A stretch of 64,000 bases of DNA from a bacterium (GCA_032250835.1 JAVVEA010000004.1:160001-224000); one strand, 5' to 3'; positions 36,381 to 46,963 are shown, counted from the stretch's first letter. Translations and numbers: made by a program. The notes: generated by a model from the sequence alone, not told the origin.

Positions 36381-37382
36381 CTACTCGAATTCGTCGGCAA
36401 TCGGCGGGACATAGACCAACTCGCTGATCTTGATGGCCTGTTTGCCTTTATAGCTACCTTGGAAGCCACGGAACTTAGCCACACCCTCGACCTTAACGTC
36501 CAGCGGACTGCTCGCTTCGTGGTTGAGCGGAACGATGTCCCCTTTCTTTAAAGACAAGAAATTGCGTACCGAGATTTCGGTACGGCCCAATTCTACCAAG
36601 AGATTGATCTCCGCCTCGGCTAAGTTGTCGCGGAAGCGCTTGCCCCAAACGTGGTCTTCTTCGTTTTGGTCGGACTGGAAACCGGAGTCTAATTTACCCC
36701 GGATCGGCTCGACCATCGAGTAGGGGATGCAGATGGTCAGCATCATCGGGGCCTTGCCCATCTCGACGTCAAAGGTGATCACCACCACCACTTCCGAATG
36801 GGGCACGATGGCCACGAACTGGGGGTTGATCTCCGTCCGGGTGTAGGCGACCTGCAAAGGAAACACGGGCTTCCAGGCATTTTGTAGGTCTTCTAAGGCA
36901 GAAATCACCACCCGCTTGACCATTTTTTGCTCGATTGCCGTAAAGTCCCGGCCCTCGGCCTTGACTTCCAATTCACCGGTGCCGCCGAAGAAGATGTCGA
37001 TCAACGTAAAGACCAGCCGGGTCTCTAAAACCAAGATGGCGTTGCCCCGTAAGGGGTTCATGCGGAATAGGTTGAGTGACGAAGGGACGGGCAGGGTCTT
37101 GAGGAATTCCCCGAATTTGATCAATTCGGTAGAGCGCACCGAGATGTCCACCACCTTACGCAAGGCTGAAGACAGCGTCAGGCGGAACATCCGCACAAAG
37201 CGGTCGTGGATGATCTCTAGGGTCGGCATCCGGCCCCGGATGATCCGGTCTTGGCTGGTTAGGTCGTAGGGGATGACGGCGTCGGCATCCATGTCCGGCA
37301 TGTCGAAGTCTTCATCGCTGTCCCCCCCGGCTATGCCTTTGAGTAAGCTATCGACCTCGTCTTGGCTGAGTACCTGTGACAT
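36381..37382 (-). CDS. fliM: Flagellar motor switch protein FliM
   Basis: LSQDEVDSLL CheY-binding motif, DRIIRGRMPTLEII, GRDFTAIE, EINPQF, C-terminal SpoA domain. Confidence 0.96.
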   Translation of the reverse strand: MSQVLSQDEVDSLLKGIAGGDSDEDFDMPDMDADAVIPYDLTSQDRIIRGRMPTLEIIHDRFVRMFRLTLSSALRKVVDISVRSTELIKFGEFLKTLPVPSSLNLFRMNPLRGNAILVLETRLVFTLIDIFFGGTGELEVKAEGRDFTAIEQKMVKRVVISALEDLQNAWKPVFPLQVAYTRTEINPQFVAIVPHSEVVVVITFDVEMGKAPMMLTICIPYSMVEPIRGKLDSGFQSDQNEEDHVWGKRFRDNLAEAEINLLVELGRTEISVRNFLSLKKGDIVPLNHEASSPLDVKVEGVAKFRGFQGSYKGKQAIKISELVYVPPIADEFE

Positions 37383-37520
37383 GCTTCTGTTCCTGCGTTA
37401 CCGGGCCTTGGCCCCTTAGGTTCTATGGTTCTCTGGGGGCGATTCTACCAAAGCGCCCAAGCGCTTCCAAGCAAAATTTGCCCTCTCTGCCCCTTCCTTG
37501 CAGGATGCTTACCATTTTGC

Positions 37521-37907
37521 TCCAGCGGCCCAGCGCGGGCCAACCGGTCCCCTAGTTTGCCGGGTCTTCGGGGCCTTTAGCTTCTTCGGAAGTCGCCGAA
37601 TCAGCCGGGGGAGCGGGCGGTTGGGGGCGCTTGTGTTTGGCTTCTTGTTTATTAGACCAACTGACCGCCAAAGGCACTAAAACTAAAAACACAAATAGAG
37701 CAAGCATCCACCAATAATTTAGCTGGCTCGCTGCGGCTAATTGTTCGTTAGGCATCGTCTACTTAAGGGGAAATGATTGAGCGCAGTTCCTGCTTTTTCT
37801 TAGCCTAAACCAAGCCGCCGATCCCGGCAAGTGAACTAGCGCCCCTTTGGGCTTTGGGCCCTTTAAGACGCTAAATCTATGGGGTGGCGAAAAAGTGCAT
37901 CGGTTGG
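37521..37907 (+). repeat. 387-bp direct repeat, copy 1
   Basis: Matches 45306-45692; one substitution seen (37849 g vs 45634 t). Confidence 0.92.
37552..37755 (-). CDS. Small single-TM protein (copy 1)
   Basis: 67 aa with a hydrophobic helix; same protein as 45337-45540. Confidence 0.55.
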   Translation of the reverse strand: MPNEQLAAASQLNYWWMLALFVFLVLVPLAVSWSNKQEAKHKRPQPPAPPADSATSEEAKGPEDPAN

Positions 37908-38048
37908 GGGGGCTGGCGGGGCGAGTACGCGCGGGCAAGGCCCTGGCCCCCCAAAGGGGACTTGGAGGGCCACCTGCCTTGAAAAGGAGGGGCGGCTCGC
38001 GGATAATGGGGTTACGGAGCCCCTGAGGGTTGCCGCAACCTCGTCGGT

Positions 38049-38744
38049 TTATTTTACGACCACTTCAAAGAGGACGCGCATATTGGCCTTTGCCGCCTTG
38101 GAGTCGATGGTTTTCGGAGACTTTTCATAGCTCGCCGGCTTGGATTGACCGTAGCCGATGATCGTCAATCGCTTAGGGTCGACCCCCTGCTTGATCAGAT
38201 ACTCCCGCACCGATTGGGCTCTGGTTTCACTGAGCTTCTGGTTGATTTTTTCGGATCCGTTGGCCGAGGTGTACCCGGCCATGCGGACCTTGACCTGGGG
38301 GTTGTCTTTAAGCATCTGGATGTTATCGTCCAAAATCGATTTAGCATCCAAGGCCAATGCAGATTTGCCATATTCAAAATGGGTGTCCCCAAAAACCAGC
38401 ACCTTTTCTACCGGCGGCTGGGACGCCGCCACCGGTTGCGGTGCTGGCTGGGCCATATAGCCGTGGATCTGCGCCATGCTTTTGTCGGACACCTCCAGTT
38501 TGGGGGCTTCTCGAAGCAGCATGACCAATAGGATCGAAATGATGACCGCTAACAGGAAGACGATGGTATATAGAATATTCCGGAATTGATTGTTCCGTAC
38601 GATCCGGGCTTGTTTGCCGGTCAACCGTTCTGCTTCGAGCCAATCCACAAACTGGTTTCCGTCTTTAAAGCCGTGTTTCTCATACAACGCGTAGGCAATG
38701 TCATTGATCTCTTTGTTTTCTTCGTTCAGGTCTTTTTGTAACAT
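38049..38744 (-). CDS. OmpA-family protein with N-terminal DUF2934-like domain
   Basis: IAYALYEKHG....DWLEAE, one TM helix, AGYTS..GS...NQKLSETRA..V..YL, GYG..KP. Confidence 0.85.
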   Translation of the reverse strand: MLQKDLNEENKEINDIAYALYEKHGFKDGNQFVDWLEAERLTGKQARIVRNNQFRNILYTIVFLLAVIISILLVMLLREAPKLEVSDKSMAQIHGYMAQPAPQPVAASQPPVEKVLVFGDTHFEYGKSALALDAKSILDDNIQMLKDNPQVKVRMAGYTSANGSEKINQKLSETRAQSVREYLIKQGVDPKRLTIIGYGQSKPASYEKSPKTIDSKAAKANMRVLFEVVVK

Positions 38745-38790
38745 GTTGCCTTCCTTCCCTAATCAAGGGTTTGGTGGTGAGGTTTATGGG

Positions 38791-38988
38791 TCATATCTCC
38801 GCTCGACCTTGCGTCCTTGATGATTTCCTGTGCTGGTTCATCAGTAGAAACTCAGAGGGCCCTGGTATTTTCATCTTTGAAAGAGCCGGGATTAAAAACT
38901 GAGTTTCGTCTTTAAAACCTTGTTTTTCATGAAGATAATTGATCTTGTAGTGGCTTTCGTTTTCCCTTTTCAAAAGTTGCGTTTCCAT
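38791..38988 (-). pseudogene. Degenerate paralogue of the DUF2934-like N-terminus
   Basis: YLHEKQGFKDETQF resembles LYEKHGFKDGNQF of the next gene; both starts read aggcaacATG. Confidence 0.4.
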
Positions 38989-39156
38989 GTTGCCTACTTT
39001 TTTTTTTAGAAAGACAAGGCCTTTCAGGAATAGTGCTAATTCACTAAACTTGCCCAACCTAAAGCATTCTCTCTGCTAGCGCTCAATCGAGGCGTCAATA
39101 ACCACGGCCCCTTCTTCCTTGAAGGAGACCTTGGTTAGCTTAGAAGGCCCAAGGTA

Positions 39157-41232
39157 CTAGGGCTGAGTCACCGTGCTAGCGTCCAAGGTGACGGCGGTCT
39201 GGGCAAAGGCCCGGCCATTCAGCGTGGCACCGGTCTGCATGTCCACTGCGGTCTTGGCTAAGATAATCCCTTTGAATTGTGACGTCGTACCCAGCGTAAC
39301 CTGGCCTCCAACTTGCCAGAATATATTCTCAGGTAGGGCACCACCGGCCAGAGTGACGATAACCCCATTGGCTACTGTTAGGGTTTCGGCGATCTGGAAA
39401 ATCCAGACATCATTAGAGGCACCCGAAATGGTGATGGCCGTGGGGATGTACACCCCGGTGCCCCATTTGTAGAGGCCCGGAGTCAACGTCAAGCCGCTGA
39501 CGGTCCCGGCACCGGTGTTGATGAAGTCCGGAATAGAGCGGCCAGCCGCATCGGTGTAGGCGATTTCCAGGTCCCCAATGGCGGTGGTCATGTTCGACGG
39601 CGTCGGCGGGGTCATGTCGGATGCGTAGAGCTTGCCCGTAACGACCGCTGCTGTTGCGTAGGTGTTACTGGAATGATTGGTCAGAGAAAAACCCGTCATG
39701 TAGGTCGTTGCCGCCGGGCTAATGCCCAAGTCACCGGTGATGGCGGTGGTGCCGGTGGTGGAGATGGCGGCTTTAGCTAGCAGCACAAAATTACCTGCCG
39801 TACCTAAGAACACGGGAGCGGGACCTAAGGCCGTGGTGGTACCGGTCGAGAAGGTCCAGACGTAATCTGAAGCCAGTCCGTTACCCGCAAGGTCGGTTGC
39901 CCCGGTGGTGATGGTGGCGGTGTAGGTTGTATTGAAGGCTAAATCACTTAAAGGCGTAAAGGTTGCCGTGCTGCCTACGTAGGCCACCGTTCCGATAACC
40001 GGAGTGGTACCCTTTTTGACCGTAAAGGTCGAAGTGGTGATGGACGTCGGGTCCATGGGCTCAGCAAAGGTAACCGCGACCGGGCGGTTGTTGGCAACGG
40101 CGGTGGTCCCGTTGGCCGGTGAGGTCAGGGGTACGGTCGGTGCCGTGGTGTCCGTCGTGGCTCCGGTGGTAAAGGTCCAGGTATTAGCCGCAGCCAGTGC
40201 GTTGCCAGCCAAGTCTTTGAACCCGGTGGTGACAACGGCGGTGTAGGTGGTGCTGGCTGCTAGTGCGCTCAAGGGCTTAAAGGTAGCCGTATAGCCGAGG
40301 TAGCTGACGGTGCCGCTGACGGCAGTGGTACCGTTTTTTAAGGTGAAGCTGTCGCTAGTTACGGACGTGGGGTCCATCGGCTCACTGAGGGTGGCCGAGA
40401 CGGAGGTGTTGGTGGCAACGGCAGTGGCACCGTTTGCAGGGGTCATCACCAAGAGGGTGGGGATCGAGGTGTCCGCCGTGGCACCGGTGATGAAGCTCCA
40501 GGCATAGTCCGCAGCCAGTGCATTGCCTGCGGAGTCCTGGACGCCTGTGGTGATGGTGGCGGTGTAGCTGGTGTTCGCTGCTAAGTTACTGGAAGGCTTA
40601 ATCAGCGCGCTGCTGCCGGTGTAGCTTAGCGTTCCGCTGACCAGCGTGGTACCGGCCTTTAAATTGAAGTTGGCAGCGGTGATGGTCGTGGGGTCTATGG
40701 GGGCGTCAAAGGACGCGGAGACCGCGGTGTTGATGGCAACGGACGTTGACCCGGTGATCGGGATGGTCAACGATACGCTGGGCGCTGTAGTGTCCTCGGT
40801 GGTTTTAGTGGTAAAGCTCCAGGTATATTTCTCTGCTAAGGCGTTAAAAGAAACATCCCTGATTCCGGTGTTGAGCGTCGCGGTGTAAGTCCTGTTGGTC
40901 TTCAGGTTAGTAGCCGGCTTCAGTACAGCTGTAGTACCTGAGTAGGATACTGCCGAAGAGACCAGGTTGGCACCTTCTGATAAGGTAAAGCTGGAGGTCG
41001 TCAGGGTTTTGGGATCGATGGCCTCGCCAAAGGTGGCGAAAACCGAACTATTGATGGCGACGCCCGTGGCCGCACTGACTGGAAAAGTTTCTGATACGGT
41101 CGGGGACGTTGTGTCGCCGCTCGCTGAAGAACTACTCTTGCAACCGGTCATTAGAGGGGCCAGAAGGAATAGCGTAGCGCCTAAAACCATAAGCCGTCTT
41201 ATGCCTTTAGGAGTGAGGGGGAGATGATTCAT
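39157..41232 (-). CDS. Lipoprotein with four Big_5-like Ig domains and DUF3494 ice-binding domain
   Basis: Lipobox MTGC; four DT..P.V...P...WSFTT repeats; LGTAGNFVLLAK, ITGDLGISP, LTPGLYKW, WIFQI, AQTAVTLD. Confidence 0.92.
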   Translation of the reverse strand: MNHLPLTPKGIRRLMVLGATLFLLAPLMTGCKSSSSASGDTTSPTVSETFPVSAATGVAINSSVFATFGEAIDPKTLTTSSFTLSEGANLVSSAVSYSGTTAVLKPATNLKTNRTYTATLNTGIRDVSFNALAEKYTWSFTTKTTEDTTAPSVSLTIPITGSTSVAINTAVSASFDAPIDPTTITAANFNLKAGTTLVSGTLSYTGSSALIKPSSNLAANTSYTATITTGVQDSAGNALAADYAWSFITGATADTSIPTLLVMTPANGATAVATNTSVSATLSEPMDPTSVTSDSFTLKNGTTAVSGTVSYLGYTATFKPLSALAASTTYTAVVTTGFKDLAGNALAAANTWTFTTGATTDTTAPTVPLTSPANGTTAVANNRPVAVTFAEPMDPTSITTSTFTVKKGTTPVIGTVAYVGSTATFTPLSDLAFNTTYTATITTGATDLAGNGLASDYVWTFSTGTTTALGPAPVFLGTAGNFVLLAKAAISTTGTTAITGDLGISPAATTYMTGFSLTNHSSNTYATAAVVTGKLYASDMTPPTPSNMTTAIGDLEIAYTDAAGRSIPDFINTGAGTVSGLTLTPGLYKWGTGVYIPTAITISGASNDVWIFQIAETLTVANGVIVTLAGGALPENIFWQVGGQVTLGTTSQFKGIILAKTAVDMQTGATLNGRAFAQTAVTLDASTVTQP

Positions 41233-41628
41233 GAGGACTTTCCAATTTGTTGTGCATTAAGCCTAGGGCCGGGTTGAGACACTAAGCCCATATTGATAAT
41301 AATTAAAATACTTAAGGGGGTCTGTTCGGTGGGGCGCTTATAGACCCGAGGCATTACAATGGTCCTTTAGACAAATCCGCAGATAGGTACTCAATGGGCG
41401 GGTGCATCCAACAAAGGGCGAAAATCTTGAGCCCAATCGGCCATAGATGCGTAGACCTAAGGCTATTTCTTGGTCGACTTTCTGATTTTCTTTGGGGGAG
41501 AGGGCTGGCCGCATGCCCCGCCGTTGGCACGGTGGGTGTGATTCTCGAGGAAGGTCGATCAGAAAGCAAAAAGCCGCGCCCCTTTCTCCTTAGAAAGTGG
41601 TCGCGGCTAGAGTAAACGAGGCGGGTTG

Positions 41629-43704
41629 TTAAGGCTGGGTTACCGCGTTAGCGTCCAGGGTAACGGCCGTCTGGGCCAAGGCCCGTCCGCTGAGTTTGGC
41701 ACCGGTTTGCATCTCGATCTTCGTTTGACAAAGGATGATCCCTTTGAACTCCGAGGTGGTACCTAGCGTTGCCTGGCCAGAGACTTGCCAGAAAATGTTC
41801 TCAGGCAACGCACCGCCAGCTAAGGTAACGATTACCCCGTTGGCTACCGTTAGGTTCCCGGCGACCTGGAAGATCCAGGTGTCATTGGCGGCACCGGAGA
41901 TGGTGATCGCCGTGGGGATGGACAATGCCGTGGACCACTTGTGTAGTCCTGGAGACAGTGTCACACCACTGATGGTCCCGGCACCGGTGTTGAGGTAGTC
42001 GGGAGTTACTCGTCCCGCCGCATCGGTATAGGCGATTTCCATATCGCTGACCGCCGTGGTCATGGTCGCCGGAGTCGGCGAGGTCATGTCGGCCGCATAG
42101 AGCTTGCCGGTGACTACCGATGCGGTGGCGTAGGTGTTGGTGGAATGATTGGTTAAGGAAAATCCAGTGATGAAACTGGTCGCCGCAGGACTGAGGCCTA
42201 AATCACCGGTAATGGCCGTGGTGCCCGTGGTGGAGATGGCGCTCTTAGCGAGGACCACAAAATTACCAGCCGTACCTAGGCTCACGGCAGACGGGCCGAT
42301 TGCGGTAGTGGTGCCGGTGGTGAAGGTCCAGACGTAAGCCGAAGCCAGAGCATTACCGGCCAAGTCCTTGGCATCCGTCGAGATCGTGGCAGTATAGGTA
42401 GTGTTGGAGCCCAAATCGCTTGAGGGCGTAAAGGTTGCTGTGCTGCTCAAGTAGGCCACCGTCCCGCTAACCGCTGCGGTACCCGCTTTGACCGTAAAGG
42501 TCGTAGTGGTCAGCGTGGTGGGGTCCATAAATTCAGCGAAGGTTGCAGAAACCGTATTGTTGATGGCAATCGAGGTGGACCCATTGGTCGGTGAAACCAA
42601 GGAAACGGTCGGTGCCGTTGAATCGGCTGTGGTCCCGCTGGTAAAGGTCCAACTCTTACTCGCGGCCAGGGCGTTGCCGGCTAAGTCTTTAAGCCCGGTG
42701 GTGAGGGTCGCGGTATAGACGGTGCTGGTGGCGAGGTTACTGGTGGGTGTAAAAGTCGCCGTATAGCCCAGGTAGCTGACCGTTCCACTGACCGCTGCCG
42801 TGCCGGCTTTTACGGTGAATGTTGTACTGCTCACAGTGGCGGGGTTCAGGTATTCGCTAAAAATTGCCGCAATGGAACTGTTGGTAGAAACCGAGGTGGC
42901 TCCGTCCAGCGGAGACACCAAAGATACGGTGGGTGCGGTAGAATCGGCCGTGGCTCCGGTAGTGAAACTCCAGCTATAGGCTTCTGCCAACGCATTGCCG
43001 GCTGTGTCTAAGACGTCCGTGGAGAGGCTGGCGGTGTAGCTGGTGTTGGCCATCAAGTTACTTGAAGGCTGAAGCACCGCAGTGAGGCCCGAGTAATTAA
43101 CCGTTCCGCTAACCGCAGTATCACTCGCTTTTAAGGTGAAGGTGGTAGCTGAAACACTGGTGGGGTCCAAAGCGGCATCAAAAGATGCGGAGATACCCGT
43201 ATTGATGGCTACCGCCGTTGCCTTATTAGCAGGAGAGATCAGCGATACAGTAGGCGCTGTGGAATCGGAGGTGGCTTTGGTGGTGAAGCTCCAGGTATAA
43301 CTTTCTGCTAAAGCGTTAAATGAAGCATCCCTGACGCCGGTGGTGACCGTAGCGGTGTAGGTGGTACTAGCCTTTAGATTATTCGTAGGATTCAACACCG
43401 CGGTAGTGCCCGAATAGCTTACCGAAGCAACGACCTGGTTGCTGCCCTCTGATAGGGTAAAGGTCGAGCTGGTCAGGGTGCTTGAATTGATGGCTTCATC
43501 AAAGGTGGCGAAAACCGAACTATTGATCGCGATGTTCGTGGCCGCAGTGACCGGAAAGGTGTCCGATACGGTGGGTGAGGTTTGGTCACTGTTGGTTGAA
43601 TCGCTACTCTTACATCCGACCATTAGAGGGGTCAGAAGGAAGAGAGTAGCGCCTAAAACCATAAGCCGTCTTATGCCTTTAGGAGTGCGGGGGAGATGAT
43701 TCAT
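41629..43704 (-). CDS. Lipoprotein with four Big_5-like Ig domains and DUF3494 ice-binding domain (paralogue)
   Basis: Same 691-aa length and architecture; lipobox MVGC. Confidence 0.92.
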   Translation of the reverse strand: MNHLPRTPKGIRRLMVLGATLFLLTPLMVGCKSSDSTNSDQTSPTVSDTFPVTAATNIAINSSVFATFDEAINSSTLTSSTFTLSEGSNQVVASVSYSGTTAVLNPTNNLKASTTYTATVTTGVRDASFNALAESYTWSFTTKATSDSTAPTVSLISPANKATAVAINTGISASFDAALDPTSVSATTFTLKASDTAVSGTVNYSGLTAVLQPSSNLMANTSYTASLSTDVLDTAGNALAEAYSWSFTTGATADSTAPTVSLVSPLDGATSVSTNSSIAAIFSEYLNPATVSSTTFTVKAGTAAVSGTVSYLGYTATFTPTSNLATSTVYTATLTTGLKDLAGNALAASKSWTFTSGTTADSTAPTVSLVSPTNGSTSIAINNTVSATFAEFMDPTTLTTTTFTVKAGTAAVSGTVAYLSSTATFTPSSDLGSNTTYTATISTDAKDLAGNALASAYVWTFTTGTTTAIGPSAVSLGTAGNFVVLAKSAISTTGTTAITGDLGLSPAATSFITGFSLTNHSTNTYATASVVTGKLYAADMTSPTPATMTTAVSDMEIAYTDAAGRVTPDYLNTGAGTISGVTLSPGLHKWSTALSIPTAITISGAANDTWIFQVAGNLTVANGVIVTLAGGALPENIFWQVSGQATLGTTSEFKGIILCQTKIEMQTGAKLSGRALAQTAVTLDANAVTQP

Positions 43705-44219
43705 GAGGACGTTCCAATGTGTTGTGCATAAAGCGTAGAGCCGGACTTAGAAGCTAAATCCATATTGAGAATAATTTAAATTACTTGAAGTGGTCTGTTC
43801 GGTAGGGCGCTTATAGCTGGGGGGGTATTTTTGAAAGTATTTAGATTCAGTAGCTAGTCGGATATGCTGATGTTATATAAGCGAATTTATAAAAAGCCCC
43901 TGGAATTAGGCATCTGTCGGACCTGCGCCGGAAAGGGGACCTAAGATAAATAGATTTAACTAGGGAATAATCCAGGGTACCTATCGATCTTGAGAACCTG
44001 CCAAGGCCTTGTTACCTTGGGAGATATAATGGGGTAGTGCGCTTTAAGGCAGGCGAGCCGTCTCCGGCAAATTCAAAAAATGGGGGTAGAAGGCGCGGGC
44101 GGCGGGTCTATTTCTTTGGACCTAATATAACAGTCTAGGCGATCGAGCCAAAAACAGGGCACCCGGTGGTGAAGCCTTTGAGGTAGACTCTGGTAGGACA
44201 AATTAGCAAGAGGCGCCGG

Positions 44220-45011
44220 TTAGGGCGTGGCTGCCCAGGGGAGCAGTCGCTCCGTTTCCTTTTTGACCACCGCGTAACATTCGCAACATAGTTTTTCCAA
44301 CTTCGGGCGGTCCAGTACCGTGATTTTGCCCCGGACATATTCAATCACGCCCAATTTTTGCAACTTTCCCGCCGCCTCGGTGACCCCTTCGCGGCGTACC
44401 CCCAACATATTGGCGATCAATTCCTGGGTCATGACCAGCTGATTGCTTTTTAACCGATCCAGCGAAAGCAGCAGCCAACGGCACAACTGCTGGTCAATGG
44501 AATGATGGCGGTTGCAGACCGCCGTTTGGGCCATTTGGGTGATCAGAGCCTGGGTATACCGCAGCACCAGCACCATTAAATCGGTGTGGAGATTAAATTC
44601 CTGTTTGAGCAATTGACTGGGTAAACAATAGGCATAGCCCGCACTTTGGCAAATCGCCCGGTTGGGCGTTGTTTCGCCGCCCATAAAGACGGCGATGCCA
44701 ATCAAACCCTCATTGCCCACAATCGCGATCTCGGCAGAAGACCCATTTTCCATCACGTAAAGCAGGGAGACAATGGCGTTGATCGGGAAATAGACTTGAT
44801 CTAAGGTGTCTCCTGATTCGTAGAGGACCGTGCCCAAGGGGAGCGGTGTGAGCTTAAGATTTTTAAAAATGCGCTCCTGTACCCCTTTGGGCACCGTGGC
44901 CAGTAGGCGATTGAGGGTAGGTGAGAGGTTTTCTGGTAAATCCGGAGCCGGTATCTTTTCCACAACAAAGCCCTTAGAGTGCAATCTACAGGAAAGGCCA
45001 TGTCTGCCCAT
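44220..45011 (-). CDS. Crp/Fnr-family regulator (start uncertain, perhaps GTG 44963)
   Basis: NRLLA, VGNEG..G, QTAVCNRHHS..QQLCRWLL, TQELIANMLGVRREGVT, CECY. Confidence 0.92.
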   Translation of the reverse strand: MGRHGLSCRLHSKGFVVEKIPAPDLPENLSPTLNRLLATVPKGVQERIFKNLKLTPLPLGTVLYESGDTLDQVYFPINAIVSLLYVMENGSSAEIAIVGNEGLIGIAVFMGGETTPNRAICQSAGYAYCLPSQLLKQEFNLHTDLMVLVLRYTQALITQMAQTAVCNRHHSIDQQLCRWLLLSLDRLKSNQLVMTQELIANMLGVRREGVTEAAGKLQKLGVIEYVRGKITVLDRPKLEKLCCECYAVVKKETERLLPWAATP

Positions 45012-45305
45012 CCACCATAGTAACAGTGGTTGAGACTAACAAAGTCAGCGGTAAATGAAAATGAAATAAGGTAAGTACCGTAGGCTTCCGTTCAGCTGTT
45101 CGGGCTGTGATTGGGGCGAGTTATTGGGGATCGGGGGCTGAGGAGTTGGGGCAGGTCGGCGGGCCCGGATTTTTATGGGCCTCGGGTCAAATTTGCGGTT
45201 CCAAGCGAAGAGGCCCGGACTTGAACGCCACAGGGTCCCCGCCGGGATTGTCCAAGGTGAGGCCGCCAAAAACCGCGCACCTCCGCCTTGAAAGGATAGA
45301 GTTGG

Positions 45306-45692
45306 TCCAGCGGCCCAGCGCGGGCCAACCGGTCCCCTAGTTTGCCGGGTCTTCGGGGCCTTTAGCTTCTTCGGAAGTCGCCGAATCAGCCGGGGGAGCG
45401 GGCGGTTGGGGGCGCTTGTGTTTGGCTTCTTGTTTATTAGACCAACTGACCGCCAAAGGCACTAAAACTAAAAACACAAATAGAGCAAGCATCCACCAAT
45501 AATTTAGCTGGCTCGCTGCGGCTAATTGTTCGTTAGGCATCGTCTACTTAAGGGGAAATGATTGAGCGCAGTTCCTGCTTTTTCTTAGCCTAAACCAAGC
45601 CGCCGATCCCGGCAAGTGAACTAGCGCCCCTTTTGGCTTTGGGCCCTTTAAGACGCTAAATCTATGGGGTGGCGAAAAAGTGCATCGGTTGG
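45306..45692 (+). repeat. 387-bp direct repeat, copy 2
   Basis: Matches 37521-37907 at offset 7785. Confidence 0.92.
45337..45540 (-). CDS. Small single-TM protein (copy 2)
   Basis: Same protein as 37552-37755. Confidence 0.55.
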   Translation of the reverse strand: MPNEQLAAASQLNYWWMLALFVFLVLVPLAVSWSNKQEAKHKRPQPPAPPADSATSEEAKGPEDPAN

Positions 45693-46117
45693 ACTACTTC
45701 AGATGATATGCTGATGGTTGCCTAAGATGTTTAGGAAGCTGGGGAAGCTAAGTTGTCAAAATTCTGTCAATTGAAAGGGTCTAGTTTTCAGGCACAACAT
45801 CTGAAAAAATTCGTTTTGGGCCGCAACCAGTGAGTACAAAGAGGTTGCCTTCAATATGGACCTGATGCTTGCCTGCAGTCAGGAAAGCGCCCACCGCCTG
45901 TTGGGAGTCTCTAAGTGTTTTCCGTAGAGTGTTGGCCCCTAATTTAAGGGAAACCTACCTAACTGGATGCATTTGTTTTCAATTTTCTTGATCGGGGGGG
46001 TGTTTTTTTGATAAGAACTCGAACTGTTTAAACAATAGATTCCCGTGAGGACTGGACGCACAAAGAAGACGCGGTAGCCCCAAAGAGCAGTTAACGGAAA
46101 ATATAAGTAGGAGAAAA

Positions 46118-46705
46118 ATGGTCGCTGCGAAGGATTTGTCAGAAGAGATCAAACAAGCCATTGGTGCCCATGGGCAATGGAAAATGCGTCTTCTGGACGC
46201 CATTGAAACCGGACAAAGCGAATGGACGCCCGAAAAGGTACGGCCCAACTGCAATTGCGCCTTTGGGAAGTGGTTAGAGAGCTTTAACGAAACTGAAAAG
46301 ACGACCCATTATCGAACCGTTTACGGTCTGCATACGGATTTTCACGTCGAAGCAGCCCGGATTTTAGAGCTTGCCCTCAACCAACTGACCGAAGAGGCGC
46401 GTATCGCCGTCCAGTCGAATTCAACCTACTCGGACCTTACCCAGAGTCTGGTCTTGGCTATGACGACTTGGATGAGGGCAGAAGGGGACCGTCAAACCCA
46501 ATCTAGCTTTGATTCAGGGATTGACCGGCAAGTTGATCTGCCGAAGGATGCAAAAGCAAATAGCCCCAAGGAGAGTTCTGAGCGCGAACTACAGGCCTTC
46601 CTCGACCTTTTGAACGAAGTCGAAAAAATCACTGGCCCATCCATCCGGATGGCCGCCGAAAAAATGTATCAAATTAGGAAAGCGATACTGGACAAGCGAA
46701 AATAA
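46118..46705 (+). CDS. CZB (chemoreceptor zinc-binding) domain protein
   Basis: AHGQWK, CAFGKWL, HTDFH; ggag RBS. Confidence 0.8.
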   Translation: MVAAKDLSEEIKQAIGAHGQWKMRLLDAIETGQSEWTPEKVRPNCNCAFGKWLESFNETEKTTHYRTVYGLHTDFHVEAARILELALNQLTEEARIAVQSNSTYSDLTQSLVLAMTTWMRAEGDRQTQSSFDSGIDRQVDLPKDAKANSPKESSERELQAFLDLLNEVEKITGPSIRMAAEKMYQIRKAILDKRK

Positions 46706-46963
46706 TCGCGTGCTCATCCCTTGAAATTTTAAAGGAACTTGAGGACTCCATAAATCCAAGGGAACCTCAGCAAAGCAAAGGCAACGTGATTCTAAGCTCA
46801 TCTGCGACCTGAGTCTTGGGATGAGAGGATTCGGTCACCATGCGGCCAGCCTCCAGCTTGAATTCCAGACTGTAATTTTTCTCTCGGTACTTGTATTCAT
46901 TTTCAGTCCTCTTGTTTGATCTCTATGAACAAACAAGGACTCTTTCAAGTGGGGGCAACCTCA

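Noticed and set aside
37521-37907. Insertion sequence
   Set aside because: No terminal inverted repeats, transposase or flanking target duplication seen
46030-46117. c-di-GMP-I riboswitch before the CZB gene
   Set aside because: Only fragments (gtga loop, gacgca) resemble it; the paired elements are missing
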